The notes under the pieces were generated by a model. That model ran no database searches. It saw nothing but the letters and a program-made list of their open reading frames with translations, and was not told the DNA's origin. A DNA stretch of 64,000 nt, from IMG/VR virus record IMGVR_UViG_3300002140_000103. One strand, 5' to 3'. Made by a program: the position numbers and the translations under genes. Shown one piece after another: positions 57,121-64,000 of this stretch. Numbering within the stretch: position 1 is the first letter of the stretch; every line of letters begins with the position of its first letter. This stretch comes from an uncultured virus (IMG/VR IMGVR_UViG_3300002140_000103). Taxonomy: Duplodnaviria > Heunggongvirae > Uroviricota > Caudoviricetes.

Positions 57121-58530
57121 TTATCCGTCTAAGTCAAGTCTCCACGTAGCAACTGGATAAAATCCGTCAACACTTTGACTCCATTCTATGCCATCCCACA
57201 TATATTGAATACCCGTTGCTAAGTTTTGAGTATATACAACATCAGCTGTTTCGCTTGCATTAAGAACAATACTCCAATTGTTTCCATCATATTCTACAAT
57301 GTCATTTTCGCTTGCAACAAAGTCAGTACCGGTACTGTTTTTCCATGCAGTAGGACCGCTTGTGTTTGTAGTACTTCCAATATTATCTAATAATAATAAT
57401 CTAGTTCCGGGTGTTGTATCTGGAACAGTTCTTTGAGGATCTATAATGTAATCAATTGAACTTCTACCTGAAATAACAGTGTTAGTTGAAAAACTATCCT
57501 GGTCCCAGTCTACTATCAATCGAGTCTCGTCTAATTCGTTAAGTGCAAAGCTGCCGGTTATTATACTACCAGTATCTACTCTAGTAGCATATACTCTACT
57601 AATGCCAGCTTGATAAGTACCAGGTGTTGCTTCTAAAACGCCTCTCCAATTGATTTGTCCAACGACTCCGTTTTTAACTAGTTGTGCAGACCCAGCTAAA
57701 ATATATAATCCGTATTGTTGATAGTTAACACCAATTACTTTATCAGTGATTGAACTTTTTGCAATACTATTTCCTGAATCACTTAAACCTTTTCCTGTTT
57801 GTATACTATCATTGTATTGATTAATTTGCGGAGTACTGTTGTTTAAAACTATAGTACCTTTTGATTCGTCGTATATGCCCATTAATACATTTGTAATTAC
57901 GCCTAGACGTTTTACCTTTGCTGGCGGACTTATATATATCGGAGTGCTAAAGATCAAAGTTGCTACATCAATTTCGCTGTCTGTTCCAACAGGAATAGTT
58001 TTATTAGAAAAGTTTATATTATCTAAGTTGACCACAGTCAAACTAGTCCAGTCTACATAGTTGTCTGTTGTTTGTATTTCTAGACTTGGGTTAAACATAA
58101 CCAAAAGTTGTTCCATAATTTGTAATTTTTGTTCAGTATTACTAGTCCATATATCAACGTTCATTGTTAAAATATACGGAGTAGGCATCAGACGTTCAAC
58201 TGTATAATTTTTACCTTGCGTATTTAAATATTCATTTCCTTCGCTATCATAAGCACGTTCTCTAACATTAACTTTGTTAACATAACTACTATCCGAAAGT
58301 CTTGCTCTGTCTAATTCCATTGCAGTCATATAAACTGCCATGCGAGGCGCACTAGGCAATTTATTCTCACTGTTATCTCTTAAAATATGAGCAACTTGTC
58401 TGTTTAAATCGCCATATGCTACAGGCACGCGACGAAGAGCTCCGTCACCGTCTTTGTAAGTAAACCCGCTTAATAATCGAATTACTTGTGTAATATATCT
58501 TCTAATCTGACCATCATAAAAATGAAGCAT
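57121..58530 (-). CDS. gp15: Tail sheath stabiliser/terminator, gp15-like, with C-terminal extension
   Basis: HFYDGQIRRY, VPVAYG, PRMAV, PTPY, LQIMEQLLVMFNPS. Confidence 0.82.
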   Translation of the reverse strand: MLHFYDGQIRRYITQVIRLLSGFTYKDGDGALRRVPVAYGDLNRQVAHILRDNSENKLPSAPRMAVYMTAMELDRARLSDSSYVNKVNVRERAYDSEGNEYLNTQGKNYTVERLMPTPYILTMNVDIWTSNTEQKLQIMEQLLVMFNPSLEIQTTDNYVDWTSLTVVNLDNINFSNKTIPVGTDSEIDVATLIFSTPIYISPPAKVKRLGVITNVLMGIYDESKGTIVLNNSTPQINQYNDSIQTGKGLSDSGNSIAKSSITDKVIGVNYQQYGLYILAGSAQLVKNGVVGQINWRGVLEATPGTYQAGISRVYATRVDTGSIITGSFALNELDETRLIVDWDQDSFSTNTVISGRSSIDYIIDPQRTVPDTTPGTRLLLLDNIGSTTNTSGPTAWKNSTGTDFVASENDIVEYDGNNWSIVLNASETADVVYTQNLATGIQYMWDGIEWSQSVDGFYPVATWRLDLDG

Positions 58531-59690
58531 TAATTATCCGCCTTTGGTCTAAGAGCTTTACTCAGGCTTTGTCTTTCTTCTGTCACTTCGCCACCTATGT
58601 TATTTGTATTTGTATTATTGATAAATGTAGCTTTTTGTGTAATTCTACTATCAAGGTTGCTCAGCGTCATACGTACATCGTCTGTGACTTTAACCCAACG
58701 TGTTCCATCAAATCTAAACAAACGTTTTGGTGAAAAATCTGTTCTTAAAAAATAATCATTTGATTGACTACCTGGAGGAAAACTTATACCCATACCGTAT
58801 GGAGCACCATTTGGTGCATCCGCTACTCCAAGTAAGTATCCATCATATCCGTATCTTTTAGGAGTGTCAACTATTGCATCAGCAGAAGTATTAAAATTAC
58901 TAGCATCAATATCAGATTCGTCTGCAGTTTGCAGTGCTACAGTACCATCGTTATTTACAGCAAGTGTATAAAAACTTGAAGTGTCATATCCACTTTTTGT
59001 AGCAGTGGCTTCGGCTTGTGCAACAATAGCATCATTGATTTGCATTTCTTTTTCGTATGTAGATAATACATCACGCAATGTGTTGTTACTACCTTCTTCT
59101 GCCGGCAAGTCTAATATATCTTTGTATTCTTGGCTATCAATTATTTGTTTTAACTTTATTCTATATAAATGAGGATACCAAGTTTGGCTAAACCCTTCAC
59201 TTGCACGATTAACATCTTCTACAACATAAAATCTTTTAAGTGCTACACTATAATCATTAAGTGCATATTCGTCTTTTAAGTGAGGTAGTTCAATTACATC
59301 ACCTGGCATAATTTTTCTACCTAATGTTTTAACACTGCCATTAATATGTATTGTACAATACAGTGTATCGTTGCTGAGGAATAATCCAAATTGACTTAAA
59401 TTAAAGTCTGCATCAGTTACACTGTATATGCCGCGGATAACATATATATCTTCATCATACTTTCTATCACGGTTTTCTAAAAACAACATATCTTGTATGT
59501 TTGTTTCTTTAACACCATTACTATAAAATGGCTGATCAGCAGTGCTTTCGCCTTCTGGTGTATTTTTAGGACCTAAATACTTGTGTATATAAAAGTCAGT
59601 TCCGCCTACAGAAAATTGTTCAAGGATAATCCTATCCATAAATTCGTAGTCTCTTGTTTTTTCGGGTCTATATAAACTTAAACGTGGCAT
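58530..59690 (-). CDS. gp14: Neck protein gp14-like (start revised to ATG 59690, MPRLSLY)
   Basis: LSQFGLFL, IMPGDVIELPHL, FYVVEDV; lies between gp13 and gp15. Confidence 0.7.
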   Translation of the reverse strand: MPRLSLYRPEKTRDYEFMDRIILEQFSVGGTDFYIHKYLGPKNTPEGESTADQPFYSNGVKETNIQDMLFLENRDRKYDEDIYVIRGIYSVTDADFNLSQFGLFLSNDTLYCTIHINGSVKTLGRKIMPGDVIELPHLKDEYALNDYSVALKRFYVVEDVNRASEGFSQTWYPHLYRIKLKQIIDSQEYKDILDLPAEEGSNNTLRDVLSTYEKEMQINDAIVAQAEATATKSGYDTSSFYTLAVNNDGTVALQTADESDIDASNFNTSADAIVDTPKRYGYDGYLLGVADAPNGAPYGMGISFPPGSQSNDYFLRTDFSPKRLFRFDGTRWVKVTDDVRMTLSNLDSRITQKATFINNTNTNNIGGEVTEERQSLSKALRPKADN

Positions 59691-59695
59691 GCATA

Positions 59696-59710
59696 TATTT
59701 AGCATAAATA
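59696..59710. promoter_or_regulatory. Back-to-back divergent late promoters
   Basis: CTAAATA on - (59702-59696) and CATAAATA on + (59703-59710) between gp14 and gp13. Confidence 0.7.
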
Positions 59711-59727
59711 CATATGGAGAACATATC

Positions 59728-60492
59728 ATGGCCGATAATGAATTAGTAACACAAAAACAAGAAGTATTTGATTATGTACACGCTATGTTAGGTGGCGGCA
59801 TGGTTGATGTTGAACTTGATCCAATACATTACGAAACTGCTTTAACCAAAGCACTAACTCGTTATCGTCAACGTAGTGATGCTAGTGTAGAAGAAAGTTA
59901 TATTACATTAAAAACAGTACAAGAACAAAATAGTTATATTCTTCCTCAAGAAATTATGGAAGTAAGACAACTATTTAGACGCAGTGTCGGTAGTCGCAGC
60001 GGCGGCGGCGACGGCGGTAGTTTGTTTGAACCATTTAATCTTGCATATACAAATACCTATTTGTTATCTGGATCTGGTATGGGCGGACTTGCTACATATG
60101 AGTTATTTTCACAACAACAAGAACTTGTTGGACGTATGTTTGGTAGTTTTATCGAATTTACATGGAATTCAAGCACAAAAAAATTAACACTGCTTCAACT
60201 ACCAAGAGCAGAAGAAGATATATTAATGTACTGCTATAACTATCGTCCAGACGGGCAGCTATTAATCGATTATCTTGCAAAACAGTGGCTTAAAGATTAT
60301 ACACTTGCAGCTTGTAAGTATATGCTAGGCGAAGCACGTAGTAAATTTGCTACTATTGCAGGCCCGCAAGGCGGTACTAGCTTAAACGGTTCGGATTTAA
60401 AATCTGAAGCACAAAGTGAAATGGATAAATTAGAACAAGAAGTATCAATGGCAGTCGCGGGCGGCAACGGTTACGGATTTTTAATTGGCTAA
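59728..60492 (+). CDS. gp13: Neck protein gp13-like (start revised to ATG 59728, MADNEL)
   Basis: LGGGMVDVEL, WLKDYTLA.CK..LGE.RSKF.....GGTSLNG; SD GGAG. Confidence 0.85.
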   Translation: MADNELVTQKQEVFDYVHAMLGGGMVDVELDPIHYETALTKALTRYRQRSDASVEESYITLKTVQEQNSYILPQEIMEVRQLFRRSVGSRSGGGDGGSLFEPFNLAYTNTYLLSGSGMGGLATYELFSQQQELVGRMFGSFIEFTWNSSTKKLTLLQLPRAEEDILMYCYNYRPDGQLLIDYLAKQWLKDYTLAACKYMLGEARSKFATIAGPQGGTSLNGSDLKSEAQSEMDKLEQEVSMAVAGGNGYGFLIG

Positions 60493-61054
60493 AGGTACTC
60501 GCATTGCTGTCAACATGACAGTTCCGTGGAACGGTCCAGGCAATAGACGAGACCCTCCTGACGGGCCTCGCATTGCTGTCAACATGACAGTTCCGTGGAA
60601 CGGTAAAGGCAATAGACGATATTATCTCTCTTGGCTAATAAAAGAACACAATATTAAAACTATGGCAGAAGTAGGCGTTAGGGACGGCCACACTACATTT
60701 TACTTGTTAGACCAACATCCTGAGCTAGTAATATACGGAATTGACAAAAGTATTGCTGGGTTTTATAATAACGATATAAAATCTAAATACGTCAATAGAT
60801 TAATACCTATTGAAGCACTGAGTGTAGATGGTGCTAAAAGCATTGCCGATGCTAGTTTAGATTTAGTGTTTATAGATGCCGATCACAGCTACGATTGGGT
60901 TAAAAAAGATATAGCAGCATATACTCCTAAACTTAAAAAAGGTGGATTTCTTTCAGGACACGATATAGACTTTCCGGGTGTTAATCGTGCTGTAAATGAA
61001 GTTATTATAAAATATGATGTAGGTCCTAATAATGTTTGGTTGACAAATGTCTAA
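60485..61054 (+). CDS. Class I SAM-dependent methyltransferase (Methyltransf_24-like)
   Basis: AEVGVRDG, YGID, LDLVFIDADHSY..VKKDI....PKLKKGGFLSGHD. Confidence 0.85.
   Translation: MAKGTRIAVNMTVPWNGPGNRRDPPDGPRIAVNMTVPWNGKGNRRYYLSWLIKEHNIKTMAEVGVRDGHTTFYLLDQHPELVIYGIDKSIAGFYNNDIKSKYVNRLIPIEALSVDGAKSIADASLDLVFIDADHSYDWVKKDIAAYTPKLKKGGFLSGHDIDFPGVNRAVNEVIIKYDVGPNNVWLTNV
60498..60619 (+). repeat. 53-bp direct repeat x2 (51/53 identical), 69-bp period, internally palindromic
   Basis: ctcgcattgctgtcaacatgacagttccgtggaacggt(cc/aa)aggcaatagacga at 60498-60550 and 60567-60619. Confidence 0.9.
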
Positions 61055-61068
61055 TTTTATTATAATAT
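61040..61068 (+). promoter_or_regulatory. Sigma70-type promoter for the kinase gene
   Basis: TTGACA 61040-61045; TAATAT at 17-nt spacing, overlapping TATAAT at 61061-61066. Confidence 0.6.
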
Positions 61069-61086
61069 AATAAAAAAGGATTAGAA

Positions 61087-61587
61087 ATGTCTAAACTTAA
61101 ATTATTAGTAATTGGTCATGGCCGACACGGTAAGGATACTGTATGCGACCTGCTTCGTGATAAGTATGCTTATAGTTTTGAAAGTAGTAGTCAATTTTGT
61201 TCAAAGCTCTTTATCTATAACGATTTAAAGGACAAGTATGGATACGCTAACGAGGAAGAGTGTTATGCTGACAGGCATAATCACAGAGCAGAATGGTATG
61301 ATGCTATCTGCGCTTATAATGCATTTGATGCAGCGACTCTAGGCAGAGAGATTTTTAGAGAACATGATATCTATTGCGGCTTACGTAACAAGCGCGAGTT
61401 CTTTGCAATGCAAAACACAGGTGTATTTGATTATGCTATTTGGGTTGATCGTAGCAATTATCTTCCCCCTGAATCTAAAGACTCAATGAGCCTTGAACAA
61501 TGGATGGCTGATTTTACTATTGACAATAATAGTACACTGGAGTCTTTAGAATCTAATACTTGCAGATTAATGGATTATCTACATTAA
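61087..61587 (+). CDS. Deoxynucleoside monophosphate kinase-like P-loop protein
   Basis: N-terminal LVIGHGRHGKDT; GLRNKRE; SLEQWMADFTIDNN. Confidence 0.65.
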   Translation: MSKLKLLVIGHGRHGKDTVCDLLRDKYAYSFESSSQFCSKLFIYNDLKDKYGYANEEECYADRHNHRAEWYDAICAYNAFDAATLGREIFREHDIYCGLRNKREFFAMQNTGVFDYAIWVDRSNYLPPESKDSMSLEQWMADFTIDNNSTLESLESNTCRLMDYLH

Positions 61588-61676
61588 CTGCGTATTTTTC
61601 TCTTATAAAACGCCTTTTTCTTGGGGTATGTGCTAAATAATAGTAATAATACATATCCACAAGGAGAAAAACAACA

Positions 61677-64000
61677 ATGGCTTTAGTATCACCAGGCGTA
61701 CAGGTTACAGTTATAGACGAAAGTTTCTATACACCGGCTGAACCAGGTACAGTACCAATGATCTTTGTAGCAACAAAGGAAAACAAATCAAATCCGGCAA
61801 GTACTGGAATTGCTCCAGGTACACTGGCAGCAAATGCAGGAAAGGTTTACTTAGTAAGCTCACAACGTGAACTTTCTGAAACATTTGGCGATCCTTCGTT
61901 TTACACTGATGCAAGTAACAATCCAATACACGGCGGCGAGCAAAACGAGTACGGACTTCAAGCTGCTTACTCATATCTTGGTGTAGCAAATAGAGCATAT
62001 GTTGTTCGTGCAGACTTAGATCTTAATGCAATAACTGCAAGTTCTACTGCAACTGCAGGCGATCCTACAAATGGGTCGTATTGGTTTGATACAGACGATA
62101 CTAAATTTGGTATATTTGAGTGGAACGGTGCTGCAGCTACCGTAACAAACGGTCAAACATTTGCTAATAAAGTTCCTTTACTAATTACCGATGTTGCTAA
62201 AACAAGTGGTTCTGATCCTTATACTCCAAGCGGCACAGTTGGCTCAATTGGCGATTATGCAGTTGTTGCAGTATCAAACGTAAATCGCATTTGGTATAAA
62301 TCAAATGGCTACGGCGTAGATCATAATGCAACTAGAGGTACATGGGTAGAAGTAGGTAGTGAAGATTGGAAAGCAAGTATTCCGTTTGTAATTGGTACAG
62401 GTATTTCAGGAATTACTACTAGCAAAACTATTACATTTAGTTTAACTAGTGATAGTTCAGGTACACAATATGATGTTGTAACATCTGGTACTACTGTAGC
62501 AAGTTTAGTAATTGATATCAATACTACATCTGCTTTAGTTGCTGCAGGTATTACTGCTGCAAGTGTTAATGGAAAATTAGCACTTTATAATAACGGAACA
62601 GCCGATGTATGCGAAATATACGGCCACGATTCTACACTTACTGCACTAGGCATTGTACAAGATACATATTATGCTCCTGCTATTAGTATTGCAGGACATA
62701 CAAGTGTTCCGTTATACAAAGCAATTAATCCACAGCCACGTCCAACTGGAAGTGTTTGGATCAAAACTACAAGTCCAAATCTAGGTGCAGTATGGAATGT
62801 AAAACAATACAGTTCTGCAACAAGTGCATGGACAGCAGTTAATGCACCGATATATGCAACTAATCATGCTGCAATTTACGGCCTAGATAGTACAGGCGGT
62901 GGCGCAAATATTGCAGAGGGTGCAGTTTATGTACAAAGCAATGTAGCAGAATCAGTGGATCCGCTTGCTACATTCAAACTATATCGTAAAAATGGCGCCG
63001 GCGCAGTAAGCGCAACAAGTGCTAAAGTTACTTCTAGTACGTTTGGTTCGGGTTCGAGCACATTTACATTACAAGCAACAGCTAGTGGCGCAGGTGCATT
63101 ATCAAATGCAGAAACTATAACATGGGTACCAACTGGTGCTACAACTGATGCAGACTTATTAGCATCTGCTATTAATGCTAAAGGTATTACAAACGTTGGT
63201 GCTACAGTAGACAGCCAAAACAGAGTGGTTATATCACATGCATTAGGCGGAGATATTAGAATTGTAGATACTGATGGGTTAATTGACAATGCATTTACAC
63301 CGTTTGATGCTGCAGTTGCTTCTTCAACTACAAATCTTTATTATGTGCCAGGTACTGACGTAAGTACTTCACCTAAAGAGTTTATGATTACACATTGGAA
63401 AGTTCTTACATATACAGCAAGTTCAACTGCACCAACTACTACTCCAGCAGACGGCGCTCTATGGTACAGCAGTATAGTTGACGAAGTTGATCTTATGATA
63501 CACAACGGTACCACATGGGTTGGTTTACACAATGTTGATCCATTAGGCGGTTCGGCAACAGGTGCTAGTAGTATTTTAGATCCAAACGGTCCTATTGTTT
63601 CCGCTACTGCTCCAACTGAGCAATCAGATGGATCTGCACTAGTTGAAGGCGATGTTTGGATTAGTACAGCAGATGTTGAAAATTATCCATTAGTTTATCG
63701 TTGGAATAACAGTACAAGTAAATGGGTAGCAATTGACAAAACTGATCAAACTACCGACGAAGGTATTCTATTTGCTGATGCACGTTGGAGTACAGGTGGC
63801 GGCAGTGCTACAGCACATGTCGAAGGTGATATCGTTGAAATGCTTACAAGTAATTTCCTCGATGTAGATGCTCCAGATCCTGCACTATATCCAACAGGCA
63901 TGTTACTATGGAACTTACGTAGAAGTGGCTTTAATGTTAAGAGATTTGTACGCGATCATGTAGACGTAGATGCACTTAATATTAGATTTGGTGATGCGTC
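61677..64000 (+). CDS. gp18: Tail sheath protein (partial; runs off the window end; absent from the ORF track)
   Basis: MALVSPGVQVTVIDESFY...SQRELSETFGDP...NEYGLQAAYSYLG..NRAYVVRAD; late promoter CTAAATA 61633-61639; SD AAGGAG. Confidence 0.9.
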   Translation, partial: MALVSPGVQVTVIDESFYTPAEPGTVPMIFVATKENKSNPASTGIAPGTLAANAGKVYLVSSQRELSETFGDPSFYTDASNNPIHGGEQNEYGLQAAYSYLGVANRAYVVRADLDLNAITASSTATAGDPTNGSYWFDTDDTKFGIFEWNGAAATVTNGQTFANKVPLLITDVAKTSGSDPYTPSGTVGSIGDYAVVAVSNVNRIWYKSNGYGVDHNATRGTWVEVGSEDWKASIPFVIGTGISGITTSKTITFSLTSDSSGTQYDVVTSGTTVASLVIDINTTSALVAAGITAASVNGKLALYNNGTADVCEIYGHDSTLTALGIVQDTYYAPAISIAGHTSVPLYKAINPQPRPTGSVWIKTTSPNLGAVWNVKQYSSATSAWTAVNAPIYATNHAAIYGLDSTGGGANIAEGAVYVQSNVAESVDPLATFKLYRKNGAGAVSATSAKVTSSTFGSGSSTFTLQATASGAGALSNAETITWVPTGATTDADLLASAINAKGITNVGATVDSQNRVVISHALGGDIRIVDTDGLIDNAFTPFDAAVASSTTNLYYVPGTDVSTSPKEFMITHWKVLTYTASSTAPTTTPADGALWYSSIVDEVDLMIHNGTTWVGLHNVDPLGGSATGASSILDPNGPIVSATAPTEQSDGSALVEGDVWISTADVENYPLVYRWNNSTSKWVAIDKTDQTTDEGILFADARWSTGGGSATAHVEGDIVEMLTSNFLDVDAPDPALYPTGMLLWNLRRSGFNVKRFVRDHVDVDALNIRFGDA

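Noticed and set aside
59689..59729. Overlapping 5' ends of gp13 and gp14 as given in the track
   Set aside because: The overlap is the divergent promoter region; better starts are 59690 (-) and 59728 (+).
60498..60619. CRISPR array
   Set aside because: Only two units, 53-bp repeat with 16-bp spacer, in frame within a CDS, no cas genes; kept as a repeat finding only.
683..63532. Many short opposite-strand or off-frame ORFs in the track (e.g. 5031-5429, 48944-49765, 61711-61998, 62927-63289)
   Set aside because: Shadows of long real genes with biased codon use; no SD, promoter or recognisable motif.
1..64000. Stop-codon reassignment, inteins, diversity-generating retroelement
   Set aside because: Core genes are full length in the standard code; no intein-like inserts seen in gp46, gp20, gp21 or gp23; repeat mismatches are not adenine-specific and no reverse transcriptase is present.

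Overview
AT-rich segment of a large T4-like myovirus genome, read in the standard genetic code, with a rearranged gene order. It is almost entirely virion genes: baseplate (gp7-like partial, gp6, gp25, gp5, hub, gp53, gp48/54-like), gp26-like, tape measure, portal, prohead protease, scaffold, major capsid, two giant fibre proteins (3106 and 3919 aa), neck (gp13/14/15) and a partial tail sheath (gp18). A gp55-gp47-gp46 block with sigma70-type promoters, glycosyltransferase-like genes, a methyltransferase, a NUDIX hydrolase and a dNMP kinase are interspersed. No tRNA, rRNA, CRISPR array, intron or intein was recognised. The strongest signals are: (1) 13 phycobiliprotein-like CxRD repeats with an invariant Cys in the two giant fibre proteins; (2) a well-supported -1 frameshift site (slippery heptamer plus perfect 14-bp stem) that would fuse gp26-like to an unannotated gp51-like ORF beside the tape-measure gene; (3) a ~480-nt highly structured non-coding element with a possible pseudoknot right after a minimal GIY-YIG gene; (4) a three-way-junction leader RNA after the capsid gene; (5) three tandem peptidoglycan hydrolases of different families in the baseplate operon. 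All product calls come from motif recognition and synteny by eye, not database searches.
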